A stretch of 63,982 bases of DNA, the filler included, from Reticulomyxa filosa (Eukaryota; Protista; Foraminifera), in NCBI GenBank assembly GCA_000512085.1. It is 5 parts of 5 records of this genome, joined end to end, with 100 filler letters (N's around TTAATTAATTAA, not from the genome) between each part and the next. Parts side by side here need not be neighbours in the genome. Positions count along the whole stretch, not along the records: positions 27,006 to 56,042 come from ASPP01001515.1; positions 56,143 to 60,403 come from ASPP01018627.1; positions 60,504 to 62,658 come from ASPP01038857.1; 2 more parts are not named here. One strand, 5' to 3'. Made by a program: the position numbers and the translations under genes. Below are positions 49,577 through 62,758 of this stretch, in pieces. How positions within the stretch are numbered: position 1 is the stretch's first letter; the number at the start of each line of letters is the position of its first letter. Below the pieces are notes generated by a model. It was not told the origin of the DNA. It did no database searches and saw nothing but the letters and a program-made list of their open reading frames with translations.

Positions 49577-50407
49577 ATGACGCCAAAACTAGTACTCCCT
49601 TGTGAATCAAGGTTAATAAAAAAAGTAATGGAAGGAAGTCAAGATATCAGCAGTGACAAGTTGAAAAAACATTGCAAGACGTATGATATAGAAATTATCT
49701 TTCACCTTGATTTAAGCAAACAAAGTCTTCAGAATATAAATATGCTGCAAATGTGTTCCAATTTGATTTGCCTCGTCTTAAAGCAAAATAGTTTGCAGAA
49801 TCTTTCTTGCTTGTCAAGTCTCTCAAAGCTGAAATATTTGGACGTCGCTTATAATGCGGTTAGCATATTATCTAATCTTGTTAACTTACCTGAGCTTGAA
49901 CAAATTAAATTGGAAGGAAACAACATCAATTCTTGGTCACAATTGACACATCTCTCATCCACAAGCCATTTTCCAAAAATTGTACACATTTCATTACAGT
50001 CTTTTGATGGTCGTGCTCAAAACCCAATTTGCCGGGAAGCTTTGTATAATAAAAATTTAATTGATACTTTTTCTAGGAGAATGCTTCGCAATCAAACAAA
50101 AACGAGCGACAGGCACACGTTCGAAACGTTGTTGTCACTTGACTATCGGAGATTAAGATACAACAAAGCCTTTGGCACAAACAATAATTTGCAAAACGAA
50201 AAGTTGGATGAATGGATAAAAAAAGAATCGTCACGACTAGAAGAACAAAAACGCCTTTCAAGTGCCCTGTCGTGGGTTGACACAAAGAGTGAACTTCAAA
50301 GCGCAATTTTACTCTCTAAAACACCTGACAAAGACGTTGCGTTTCAGACAAGCAAACAATCTCTTGAATTGATCCTGGACCAAATAAGGCAAATTAAAAT
50401 CGAATAA
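49577..50407 (+). CDS. Leucine-rich repeat protein, LRRC61-like
   Basis: LxxLxLxxN repeats (LICLVLKQNSL, LKYLDVAYNAV, LEQIKLEGNNI) and LRR cap NPIC; intronless. Confidence 0.75.
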   Translation: MTPKLVLPCESRLIKKVMEGSQDISSDKLKKHCKTYDIEIIFHLDLSKQSLQNINMLQMCSNLICLVLKQNSLQNLSCLSSLSKLKYLDVAYNAVSILSNLVNLPELEQIKLEGNNINSWSQLTHLSSTSHFPKIVHISLQSFDGRAQNPICREALYNKNLIDTFSRRMLRNQTKTSDRHTFETLLSLDYRRLRYNKAFGTNNNLQNEKLDEWIKKESSRLEEQKRLSSALSWVDTKSELQSAILLSKTPDKDVAFQTSKQSLELILDQIRQIKIE

Positions 50408-50504
50408 TCATTTATTTTCAAAAAAAATATGAATATTAGCAGTTTTTTTGAGTGAGAAGTCGCTTTATGATTATCCAAATTTTTAAATATCCTTTGTTGT
50501 GTTT

Positions 50505-51325
50505 TTAGGATAAAGTAGAAACAATAATTATAATCATAATTAAAATAAAAATACAGACTCCCACACTTACTGTCCTTTGTCTTTGTGTCATACGTGACAC
50601 AACATTACAAGTTTTGCTTATCATAATTTTTTTTTCTCGTGTCTGTTCTTATGCCAGACACACGAAATATCACAAGCAAGCGAAACGCTTTTTTAAATTA
50701 TAAAGTTTGTCAAGGACAACAAACGAACAAACAAACTTAACGCTTTTACTGAAATTACCAATCAGTGGTGTATGTGAGGCTGCAGCTTTCGGATCAACAT
50801 TCAGTTCTTGTGTTCGTATTTGTTTATTAGAATCATCCAATAACTTCAGTTCCACTCTATTATTGTCTCCTTGTTTGTGATTAGGGTCGTTATGTACTTC
50901 CTGACTTATGTCTGCTCTGCTCTATTTATGGAATATGAATAATGTAAAACATAAAATCCTTTGTGCTTGCCGATTTCCAAATCACTCCATTTTTTTCAGA
51001 CAAAAAAATTAAAAACTGGTGATGATACATCAGTATGGCCTTGCGCTTGGGCTTTTTGAGTTTCATACTGTTTCTTTACTATGTCAAATTCTGATTTGCG
51101 CCGAGCAATTGTTGCTTTCCATTTTTCTGTTGTTGGTTTAGAGCTAACCTGTCGAAGTAGACTTTCCATTTCTTTCAAAGAATTGTCAAAGTCGTCCAAA
51201 TCATTTGCAATATTTGGGATCAGTGCTGTTTGCAGGGTAGGCTTATTTTGTAGACTTTGAAGATTATCTCTGATACGTTGATTAACGTTTATTATATCTT
51301 CATGATGCTCCTCTATCCTTTCCAT
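50505..51325 (-). CDS. Vti1-like Qb-SNARE (N-terminal three-helix bundle, degenerate SNARE motif, C-terminal TM)
   Basis: N-terminal helices with LKEMESLLRQV..KWKATIARRKSEF; last exon SKTCNVVSRMTQRQRTVSVGVCIFILIMIIIIV tail anchor. A frameshift in an A-run is assumed. Confidence 0.5.
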
Positions 51326-52526
51326 CTTCTTCCCTCAAGGTAAGAAAAGAAAAAAAAGATCTTATGATCAAATTTTCCGCTTAACATTTCAAAAATATTT
51401 TTTATAGCTTTAAAACTTAGAGTAACAGAATAATTTCTTTTTTTTAAAGAGTATAATTTATTGTTTGCAGTTAAAAAACTTATTAATAAACGTACAAAAA
51501 TTAGTGTATTAATTTTAGCTAATTTGATTACAATATATTGATAAATCGAATTTTTGGATTTATTGTTAAAATATAAAAGTAGTAAAAATGGTTCTATTCA
51601 AGAAAGCAAAGCAATGTTGAAAAGAAGAATTTTTTAAAAATATCAATTGAACAAAAAAAACTTCAATTTACGTAATGAAAAAGAGTATAACATTACACTA
51701 GTGTTCAGAAATTTAGTAAAAAATCTGATTTTAAAAAACTTTGTTTGAACAAAACATTTTGTGGTTACTTGGAGATTTGTATAAAAATTTATCTCAAATG
51801 TATTTACAATAAAATATTTTTGTTTGAATGCAGCTGAATTCAACGTATTACATTTATTCATTATAAATTTTGATTTTATTTTTAAAAGCAGATTACTGTA
51901 AAGAATAAAAGAAAATTGAAAGTTTTAAAAAAGAAGTGTTATGCACGAAGATAATATGTTAATATATTTGGTTCAATATAATATTCACTTGATTAAAATA
52001 AATAAATCAATGGCATATCTTAATTTGGACAATAATATTTTCAAAATAATAAATTAATTTTGAAATTTAGATATACGATGTCACCCCACAAAAATAAGCA
52101 CATGCATCAAACTTTTTAAAATCTTTTAAAATGTAGCAATATATTATAACCTTACGTTCGGTGTGTTGTATAATTTTTGGCAACTTTATGTTTGACACTC
52201 TTATCATTTATTCATCACAAGGTTATTTTGGACAGTCATTTCACTTTTTGTCGTTATTTGCAAAAGTTTAATTTTGACAGCTCCAGAGAAAATTTAGTTC
52301 AATTGAATGTAACCTTTATTTAGAGTGACAAGATTAAAATGAAACAACAAATTGCGTTGTCAGTGATATTTCAAAACCGCCATATGTCAAACCTTTTGGA
52401 TAATAGAGTCAATAGGAAATGAACAACAGTGTTAGTATCAAGCAAAGGAGTATACTGCATGATGACAAATACAACTGGCAATTTTTTGGCGTCAAAGGCC
52501 GGAGCATCCAGATGCTCTCTCAGAGT

Positions 52527-52983
52527 TATAGTTTATTTTTGCCAACAAATTTGCTGGGATGAGCATGTGACCCATCACAAAAGGGTTTGATTGACGAACA
52601 TCGCATCCTATTATCAATTGTGCCACAATTAAACTGGAAAAATATGTGCATGCCTTTAAAAAAACTTAACCACATAATAGATGAACGGCTTGATCTTGCG
52701 TGATTTTGAAACGGACTGGGCCGTTACCAGATTTAACATCTTCCACGGTATGTGATGCATGATCACAAAATGGAAATGTTGTACTGCGACCACATCCACA
52801 ATAATCATACGTTTTACCTTTCTCCAAATGCCTACTGAACGGAAACCAAAGTCGTTTTGCAGCAGGACAATTTTCACATGATGATTTTGCTGTGGACAAT
52901 CCGAACAAATTGATATCTTCGATATCTTGAACTGGAGGACCTGCTATAATCTGAAAGCTCTTCACGTTATCGTCTTTGCTCAT
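52527..52983 (-). CDS. CDGSH iron-sulfur domain protein (two CDGSH-type motifs, CISD3/MiNT-like)
   Basis: YCGCGRSTTFPFCDHASH and LLCG|C..SSIKPFCDGSH across one intron, with a 1-nt frame discrepancy after the acceptor. 3' end uncertain. Confidence 0.8.
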
Positions 52984-53469
52984 TGTTTATATATATAATT
53001 TGGAAAAACCCTTTGAGCTCTTTTCTTTTGCAAAGTTTGTACAAAAAAAGTCGTTGGAAATGTATAGCTACGAAGTTTTTTCTTTCATAAAGTTCATCCA
53101 AAACAATAAATTTGAATTGCACGCACTAATTATAAAACATATTAGCCAATTATTTGTTATGATATCAAGGAAAGTTAAGATTTTTCTCCCTTTGTTTATT
53201 GATTGGCAAATCTTTTGATGATAACACATTTAAAAAAAAAACCTAAAATGAGCTCAAAAACAGTCCGAAATAGATGCATTGAACAAATTGAAGGCTTAAG
53301 TGATCAAAAATAAATTCAATTTGCAAGGAGGTGACATACTAAGAAAGACCCACCAAATAAGACAAATGTCAGATAATCCATCAATAATGAGACATTTGTG
53401 ATGTATTAGCAAATAGCATCCCAGCTCGGCCCATGCACTTATCGTCAATGAAACATTTTTTCAACTGTC

Positions 53470-55001
53470 TTATCCAGCCAAAAGCTTTTCAAAAGCATCT
53501 CTCATACACACATCCTCAGTTGGTTGGGTTTGTTTTTTTTTGTTGGAACGATTGTGAATATTCTCAGAGGGTTTAATTTCTTGTGTCGGTTTGGCAGAGG
53601 GCAATGGCATCCAATTAATGAACACAGGTTTTCCTTTCCAAATTTTGCCGGATAAAAATTCGACAGCCAAAGTGGCATGAGCGGGAAATTCCATCTTTAC
53701 AACATAAGAAAAGCCAAAGCGATCGCTTTTGATGACTTTCAAAGCATGAACAGGCTGAGAGCCTACTCGTGGAATATTGTGTTGTAAAAAATCACGAACC
53801 AACGATCTGTTGCAATCAGATCCATTGCAATTGATAATACTAATATAAGTGGATTTATTTTTGTACTTTTTGACCGCTATAATACAAACAAAATTTCGTC
53901 ATTCAAAGACCAATAACAATGATAACAAAAAATACAATGCAATGTAATAAACAAAGAAATGCATACCTACATCATAATTGATGCCACTGATTTTCAGTAC
54001 GTCCATATCTTGATGCTTTGCTTGAAGTTGATGATGTAGTTTTCCATTTTTAAATTTTTGATATGCCTTTAAACACAGTTGCGAGGTTGGAAATGTGACA
54101 AAAGCAAATTTCGAAAACTTGGTCCAGTTTCGATTTCCCAACATGGTAACAAGATCATCTCCCGACTGCACACTTTCGTTTTTTGTTTTTTTTTCTTTTG
54201 CTTCTTTTTCTTGTCATCTTCTCTTCGTGAATTAAACGGCTTTTTTTTATTACCATTGTTTTTATTTCTCTTTGTTTTTTTATTTTCGTCGTCATTGTCG
54301 TCATTCTTACTACTGTTTACTGTTATCTCATCAACTAACAACTCACCATGGAGCTTGTAATTGTTCAAAATCTCTTCATACGGAACGCACACTTGCACGT
54401 TGTCACATGCACTTTTAAATAACTCTTCAATTGTATACAAATCAAAATAATCGGGAATGTTGTATAATATCAATGATTTGTTTTCGCTTTCGTCTTTTTT
54501 GACTGTTTTTGTGCGATTTTTCGTTGGTTTGTTCTGAGAAATTTCTGTTGATGTTCTGGCTTGCTCTTTGCTTTTGGTTGTGCTCTTTTTTTTGCTGTTG
54601 TCGTTGCCGTCTTTGCTCTTCACATTTTTCCCTTTTTTTTTTGTCTTTTGTTGGGGTGTAGTCTTTTGCTCCTCCTTCGTCTTTCTACTGTCCCTCGATG
54701 CATTGGCAGAGGCTGGTTCTGCTTTTTTGGGCTTTTTCTTTTTTTTATTTGATCGCACTGGCTTAATTTGGATTTCTATTGGCTTTGGCTTGCTTGCTTG
54801 GGTTATTTGTTGTTTTTGAAGTAGTGACTTCACAACTTTCTTTTTTTGAGGATTTCGTATCACCACACATGTTTCAGGTTTTTTTAGTAAGGCCTTTCTG
54901 GAAATTTGCAACCGTTTTGTCCACACTTGTTTTGGCATATTTGATTCAAAAAATTTCAAGATATGGTGGTTTAAAACTCGGATTACCTTCCAGAAGTCCA
55001 A
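53470..55001 (-). CDS. Lys-rich RRM-domain RNA-binding protein
   Basis: RNP2-like SLILYNIP, RNP1-like KFAFVTF, second RRM ..AVEFLSGKIWKGKPVFINW. Frame change in A-runs near 54180. Confidence 0.65.
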
Positions 55002-55539
55002 AAAACGTTGTATTGTGGTAAATGCTTTTCAAAGAATTACAACTTTCGACTTGATTAAATAAATGTACACAATAAGTTTTGAAAACGTTTTTACATATCA
55101 TCTTACAGTTTTTAGTAAACGAATAAATGTTTTGGTGTTCAGCATTACTTTTTTTTCACAAAACTTTAAAGCAAGAAGAAAAATATAATCTGTTTGCCGC
55201 AATTGGTTGTTTGCACAAAAAAAAATAATCGTTATGTTAATGTATTTTTTTGAAAAATAGTAAAAAAACGCGTAGTGCAAGTGTTATACTTTTTGAAATT
55301 GGATATGTTATATTTGTATATGATTAAGATCTGTTATAATTCGTTTTGGGATTTGGTCATGTAGGAAGTCTACAGTGGAGAGCTTCACTAAATGTAATAC
55401 GAAATAGTGTTACTATCAACGAGAGTGACTTTCAGTAAATAAAAGTAAATTAAAGAATAAATCAAAGACAAAAGAAGTAAGAGAGAAAACAAGTAAGAGG
55501 TAGTTTGTTGAGGAGGTTTAACCCAAAGAGAGCTCCTCA

Positions 55540-55760
55540 GTTCCATAAGCGTTCAGCCATGTGTGATAAGGGCTTGCCCTACAGTCAAACAATATTTAGT
55601 GTTACTTTGTTGGTACTATCGCTGTTGTAGGGAAAGTCCCTATTATAAATCCCGAACTACTAACGGAACGGTGGGACCCCCAGTGGGTTAAAACCCTCTT
55701 CTCAACACAACTCACTTTTCTCTCTTTGTACTTGTTTCTCTCCTTTTTAGTTGTCATTAT
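55540..55760 (+). repeat. GC-richer dispersed repeat, possible solo-LTR-like element
   Basis: Non-coding, GC-richer than flanks, TATA-like TATTATAAAT at ~55641, homologous to 30872-30960. True ends not defined. Confidence 0.45.
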
Positions 55761-56042
55761 TCCTTTTTTAATTTACTTTCTTTTACCGAAGTTGTTCTTT
55801 TGGAACCAAGTTCCTTTCGTATTACACTTAGTATTCTCACAAGTCCCACACTGTTTTCAGTGTAATTGTTTTAAAGTAATAATATATTTAGCATTTGTTC
55901 AGCATTGTCGAATCATTAGTATTATCTTTTTTCAGGAATTTTATTTCGTAACTTTAATTTGAAAAAATTTGCCATTTTTAAAATTACTTGCTGACACTAA
56001 GCTTTAATTATTGGATCTTATTATAATGCAGGCACATCAACG

Positions 56043-56142
56043 NNNNNNNNNNNNNNNNNNNNNNNNNNNNNNNNNNNNNNNNNNNNTTAATTAATTAANN
56101 NNNNNNNNNNNNNNNNNNNNNNNNNNNNNNNNNNNNNNNNNN
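56043..56142. other. Artificial contig spacer
   Basis: N run + TTAATTAATTAA + N run. Confidence 0.97.
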
Positions 56143-56543
56143 AAAAAGCACTTTCGTATTACGTTTAGTGCGAACTCTTTTCTGGCCGACGTCTTACAAA
56201 CTACTTCCTCAGCATCAACAATTTGTACAATCTTTTAATATAATTATCAAATGAATAAGAGACAAGCATGGGGCCAAAATAACTAACTTTTTTTGCAATA
56301 CTCGATATCCCTTTTGCCTTGAGCAGTTATTTTCCAAATTTAAATTTGGGTTTATAAGTTAAAGATTTCCAGGTTGATTGTGGAAGTTGTTTAATGACAA
56401 CATTTGATTTTTTTGCTTTAAAAGTTTGTTATTTTGAGATTATCAATCAACAAGTTGAGCATTACTTGAATTAAAGCAAAGTTAATTTCAAAAATTAAAC
56501 AAATATCTTTTTGCAAATTAGTTAAACCTTGTGTTGATGTACT

Positions 56544-57866
56544 CTACTTATCTTTTTTTCCTTGCTTTAGCATTCCTCTCCTGTTAAACACACAAAAACA
56601 CAAGTATTTTTTGCTATGACATTTTGGCACAATGTTATTTCATTGTTTAGATTAACCTTCTAATATCATGGTGCAATTGGCTGACATAGGATTCAAGAAG
56701 GAAATTCGGAAGAATGGAAATCAAAAAGTATACAACGGCATGGATTGGGTAGGGGCTAATTTGTCCAGAATAGCCAATTTGGGACACAGCCGAACGAGCA
56801 TAAGCTGCAGAACTTGGTACAAGAAGGGACGATTTACGAATTTTGGACATGTTGGACACCACAAAGTAAGGTAATTGAACCTGGTGATTTTATTTGTTTG
56901 TTTGGTTTCATTTGAAAACAAATCTTCAACACCAGATAATTGCAAATATAGCCTAAAAAAAAAAAGCCATTTTTCGAAAAAATTAACTTGGAAGGTAATA
57001 TCTTTTGAAATGTTTTTTGATATGCGGAGGCCATATCGATAGTCCACTTGTTCAAATAGGATTTAGTGCCTGAATAGACTTCATGCAATTCATGTGGCAA
57101 CACACTACCCGCACTGCCAATGTTAACCACCGCTCCTTTCTTCTTTTTCAAAATTGGGGTAAAGTTGCATAAACTAACCACGTTGGTGTTTTGCTATTTA
57201 CGTCGATCATCTCTTCAATAAGACTTTCATCCACCTCGTGGAAGTATTGAACAAATGGGTCTTTTTTTTTTTTTTTTTTGTGTCAACCATTTTTTTTTTT
57301 AAAGCAAACAATTTTTCAATTGTTTTTGCGAAAATTATACGTGCTAACAAATACCCCTCTTTTTTTTGAATTTTACACAATGTTTGCTTCGGAGAAACAT
57401 TACACACATACATGCTAAGCCAGCGTTGTTAATAAGCACACCAACGTCCTTGTCTTGGATACATTTGCGATAGCGTTCTTTGTCGCCACTCGTCAAATGA
57501 CCAAGATCCAGTTGAAGAATATCAACTTGTACGTTTGAACTTTTCTTGCGAATTTCCTGTTCTCAAAAAAACTTTCTTGTTTTCTCCTGTTATTCGTCTA
57601 CACATAAAAGAGAAGCCTATAACTGTTGCCACAGAGTTCAATTTGTCAGCATTTCTACCGACAAGGAGAACATTTTGACCACGCTTGGCTAATTCAAAAG
57701 CCATGGCTTCTCCAATTCCCGATGTTGCGCCAGTAACAACACTCCATGAACCAAGTTTGTTTAAGTTTATTTTTGGACGGAAGAATTGTTGGAGCAAATT
57801 GTACACTTTACTGCCAAAGGAAATCAACGCGATAATGCCGAAGGCACAAAGGATATTGCAAAACAT
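56544..57866 (-). CDS. Very-long-chain 3-oxoacyl-CoA reductase (KCR/HSD17B12-like SDR)
   Basis: N-terminal TM; WSVVTGATSGIGEAMAFELAKRG; VGVLINNAG; catalytic YSGTK; VVSNMSKIRKSSLLVPS; C-terminal KKDK* ER-retrieval motif. Confidence 0.88.
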
Positions 57867-58472
57867 GGCCACCTGGCTAATTTGAACTATATCAGGCCAG
57901 AGAACAAAAAACGGTCTCGTCCAACTTTTTTTTTTTACTTTGTACAGTGGTTTACATGTGCTTTGGAAAGTTTCGCTGAGAAGTGGTACATTTTGTCATA
58001 TACTTACTTGCTGTTGCTAAAAACAAAGAAGATACAAAGCAAAGCATAAAGACCACGTTTAAAAACTATATTATATTTGCAACACGACTCTGGGCTTAAA
58101 ACCGAGAGAATTTGGCACTTATTTCAACTTGTAAATTCACCATCTCCATTTGGAGGTGATTACCTCAATAGTATTTTCCTTCACTGAAAAGCAGAATACA
58201 AGTGGTTGCGTTTCTATTTTGAAATTACTTCAATTTTTTTTAGGAAGTGTTTGAACATATATTTTGCCCAGCTTTGTTCACCGAAAGGTATGCTTCGTTT
58301 GCTTTTTTTTCTGTGTGCAAAGATAAACCATGACAAAATACTGGTTTTATCGTGTTGTTTATCAAAGGAAAAAAAATTCAGTCAGCAAACAAAAAAAGGT
58401 GGAAACATAAAAACGAGAAAAATGTAAATTGAGGTTTGTCATGGCAATTTGTTCGGACAGATTGCATTATAG

Positions 58473-60235
58473 ATGACTACGTTGAAAGATTTATTAAAAG
58501 CAGATAATGTATCTGACGGCAGCGATAGAGATGAAAAATATTCCGACTGCGAAAAAGATATAAAAGCATTGCAAGAGAAGATCAAAGAAAAACTAGCTGA
58601 AAGTTGAGTATTAACTGGGTGTAGCGTTTATGGAATTTCCTGATTTTTTTTTTTTGTACATACGTCTATTTTTTTTTGTCGAGAAAGCGTGCAAATACAT
58701 TACAGTAACACATTATTACCACAATGATAATTATATATACAACACAACCAAACAAATGGACTAAAAACAAGGTGCACGAACATTGCCTAAGATTTTTGAC
58801 GAAAAAACGCCCGACAAAATTCCATTGGCCCCGCCACTTCGAGAAAGAAGAACGCTCAAAGGGCATTTTGGCAAAATCTATGGATTGGCCTGGAGTGGTG
58901 ATGGCGCCCATATTGTGTCCGCGTCACAAGATGGCAAAATTATTGTTTGTTTCTATGTTTTTTTTAAACCACACGTACACTTGGAAAAAAAAAGGGGGGT
59001 GTGAAAATATCCAATAAGAATAAAAATTACCCACGGGGGGGGGGGGGGGGGGGGGAGAGTAATGAAAATTTTTTTTTTAAAAAAAAATATGAATACTCGA
59101 ATACACAATACATTAATTTGTCAGCTGTGGAACTCGCGCACAACAAACAAGAAATTGGCAATATCGTTGCAAATGGGATGGGTGATGGCGTTAGACTATG
59201 CACAAAGTGGAAACTTTATTGCGAGTGGTGGTCTTGACAATATGTGCAGCGTATTTCAAATAACGGAAGACAGCGTCGGCTGGGAAACAAAAACTGCGAA
59301 TGCAGAACTGAGACAGCACGAAGGGTATATTTCCGATAACAAATTCGTCGACGACACTAAAATACTCACAGCCAGTGGAGATTCAACGATTATTGAGTGG
59401 GATCTTACTACCAAGCATCACGGCCGCACTTTCAAAGATCACACCGGTTTGTATATATCCTCGTTTATCAACTCCTTCGTTCTTCTCTCGTTTCCTCCCT
59501 TTTTTTTTTTTTTTTTGGAATTCCTCCCTTTTCTCTCTCTCATTAGAAGAAAGAGAATGTGGTTGACAAACACAAACATCTTTGTAGGCGACGTAATGAG
59601 TGTGAATTTACATCCAACGGAAAAAAGACTGTTTGTTTCTGGCAGTACTGATGGCACCGTCAAATTGTGGGATTTGCGCGTCGACAAATGCACACAAACA
59701 TTTCGTGCTCACTCTTCTGACGTCAATGTGTTATGTTTTTGTTAATCTCGAGAGAGAGAGGGGGAGTGATTTTTGTATACATGTGTATACACATATTTAT
59801 GTATGTATATATTTTTATATACATTTGTTCATATTATTACTATGTGTATATATTTCAAAAACATCCTTTTTTTTTTTAATGCATCCTTGATTGTTTAGTG
59901 CACGATATTTTCCAAATGGTCGCTGTGTTGCATCTGGCTCAGATGATTCAACAATTCGATTGTGGGATATTCCATCGCGACGACAAGTGAATCAATATGA
60001 CGATTTACAAAACAAATCAGTGCCTGCAGTGGCCGATTTAGATTTTACTCTGAGCGGTTCTACTTTGTATGCATCATACGCCGACCCGCCTTATTGTCTG
60101 GCCTGGAATACATTGTCTGCTGAGAAAGTAGATACAGTATTGCACACTGTCAGAGCACCTCGACTGCGTATTCACCCCAAAGGCCATGCATTGGCCAGCG
60201 GTGGATGGGATTGTATTGTTCGCATTTTTGCTTAA
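58473..60235 (+). CDS. GNB: Heterotrimeric G-protein beta subunit (divergent)
   Basis: N-terminal coiled coil, then RRTLKGHFGKIYGLAWSGDGAHIVSASQDGKII, WVMALDY..IASGGLDNMCSVF, HEGYIS, ILTASGDSTI, HTGDVMS, ASGSDDSTIRLWD, ALASGGWD, collinear with G-beta WD40s. Confidence 0.9.
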
Positions 60236-60403
60236 TTTTTGCTTGAGTTTTTGTTTTGTTTTTGTTCAAAAGAAAAATAAGCTTTGTCACAGTGAAGGTG
60301 ATTCTATGGAAACAATTACTTTTTTTTCGTTCAATCAAAGACAAACAAATAAGTGAGAAATTTCCTTCCATTGAAAATCAAAAAAAAAAAAAAAAAAAAA
60401 AAA

Positions 60404-60503
60404 NNNNNNNNNNNNNNNNNNNNNNNNNNNNNNNNNNNNNNNNNNNNTTAATTAATTAANNNNNNNNNNNNNNNNNNNNNNNNNNNNNNNNNNNNNNNNN
60501 NNN
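60404..60503. other. Artificial contig spacer
   Basis: N run + TTAATTAATTAA + N run. Confidence 0.97.
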
Positions 60504-61454
60504 ATTTTTAATTTATTTTTATCAAATAACATTATTGTTCGATGTTCATAATCAAATACACTTTCATATTCTTTCCATTTTCCATTCCATAACATACACA
60601 CTCTTTCTGGTACATAATGTCTTGTTTTATATCTATTTAAAATGATTGGTTATATCATTTATATATTTATACCATTTGTTTTATTAACAACAAAACAAAC
60701 ATACAAAAATACATTTTTTGTAGTTCAATCGCTGATTGATAACATTTCCACAGATGTAATAATTTAATATGATCATATTGATAATACCAATTACTGTCAT
60801 TTCCTTTTTTGAATTCAATGACTTGTAACAATATTTTTATATCTACAAGTATTTTTTCCAAATTTGCACCTAATGCATGATATTTCTGAAATAAATAGTT
60901 GTATAAAGCCTGTTCGTTAATTTGACGATATTTGATATGTTTAGGATATTTCAAAATATTCCATAAAATATGCAAACACATTTCTCGAGATATTTTTAAT
61001 TCATTTTCTTCTTTCAGCCTATTACAATAATTTTTTTGTTTTATTCTACAGTAATGCGCATATTTCATATGCGTTTAACTCATTCAAGTCGGAAGTTGCA
61101 CAAATTTCTCTTAATTTCTCGAGTGTGTCAAAATAAATTTGATTGCAATTTTTCCATGTTTGTGATATTGTTGTTTTTTCAAGTTTCGTGCCAAAAGATT
61201 GAAATAATTTCATTAAATATTGTCGTTGTTGCAAATTGGCGCTGTATTAAAATATATAATGCAACAATTGAAAAAAACATATAATTATTACAAAAGGAGA
61301 AAAGAAAATAAATAAAAATCTATTGTTACGTGTTTTCTGTTAGCCAAGTTAAGACATCTTTTGTCTTATCGGCATTTCCATTACACTTCTTCCATGCCTT
61401 TACGACAACCTCTTCAGCTATGTTGGGAAACGTTTGTTGAAGTTTTGCGAGCAT
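60504..61454 (-). CDS. CUE/UBA-like + PUB-domain protein, 3' truncated by contig end
   Basis: MLAKLQQTFPNIAEEVVVKAWKKCNGNADKTKDVL (CUE-like); ILWNILKYPKHIKYRQIN (PUB signature NxxxxPxxxKYRxI); GT-AG introns. Confidence 0.65.
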
Positions 61455-62658
61455 AATGACGAAGTAAATCCTTTTTTTTATTTTGAAAGTTCGACTTATT
61501 CAGAAATTTACAAAAAAAAATTTGATTCGTTTAAAGGATAAGCAAAAATTGCATTTGTGGATCAATGGTAATATGCACGATACGAGAATAGTGTTATTGC
61601 TTATGCATAAAAATTTGTTGTATGTCTTACAAATTTTAAAATCTTTTTTTGCTCACGTGCCAACAACATCGTTTAGAGAATGTATCTATTTGCTAGGACT
61701 GAGTATTTTCATGCAACCTTTTCCATAAACACACGAAACAACATTTAAAAAAACTCTCGTCGACTCCAAAAAAAAATTGTTTACAAGTAAATAAAAAATT
61801 TTTGTTGAAAACGCTTGATTTTAAATTGAAGCACAATTGTTTTGAAATTTTGTGTTTCCTTTCGACGTTGTCAGTGTGTGGATTACAAATACGAAAGTAA
61901 TTTATGATATAGCTTACTATTAAATATTAAAAAGAACAAAAGTGATATCATTCAATTGATGAAATTAAAAAATATTGTGAAAATACAATTTAGGTCAAAA
62001 TAATAATTGATAGAAAGAAATGAATTTCATTGTTGTTATTATTTTGCATCAAAGGAAATATCTTATATTCAATTTATTTATTTGAATAACTTTTTGGATC
62101 ACAGTATTTCTACTATTTGTAATAAATTTATTTTTGTCCACAAATAACCATAATCAAATCTTCATATTGCATAGAGTTTGTAGTATTATAAACTACAGTA
62201 TCAAAAATTACAGTTAAGTAAATGTTTCTTGCAAATCTCCACCAAATGTGATTGTAGTATTATCTTTTACACCTGCAAAGGTCTATTCTAAAGTCTTTAA
62301 TTTCAACAAAAAGTTTTTCCAAATATTCCTATTTTTGGTCTATTACCTTTTTTCAAAGATTCGTTAACATTTATTTCTATCTTCAATGGATGAATAGTAT
62401 CTTATTTGTATATTTTTCTTACTTGAGGCATTATGAAATATTTAAGTCCATTGCATATTTTAATGAGAGCATGGTAAGTGTACAAAAGTTTTGTTTTCAA
62501 TAAAACTGATTACAATACTGTCATTGATGAAGAAAAGAATAATAATGAAAGTATAACGAGTGGAAGTGCGAACAAAGTAAAAGGTGGAAATACATTGAAT
62601 GTATCAAATGCAATAACGCAAATTCATAATCATCCTCAATTGAAAATTCATTCTCTCA

Positions 62659-62758
62659 NNNNNNNNNNNNNNNNNNNNNNNNNNNNNNNNNNNNNNNNNN
62701 NNTTAATTAATTAANNNNNNNNNNNNNNNNNNNNNNNNNNNNNNNNNNNNNNNNNNNN
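62659..62758. other. Artificial contig spacer
   Basis: N run + TTAATTAATTAA + N run. Confidence 0.97.

Noticed and set aside
51400-52400. Short F/L/I/K-rich ORFs in AT-rich intergenic regions (also 1742-2169, 42855-43408, 55098-55280)
   Set aside because: Composition-driven spurious ORFs with no domain signal.
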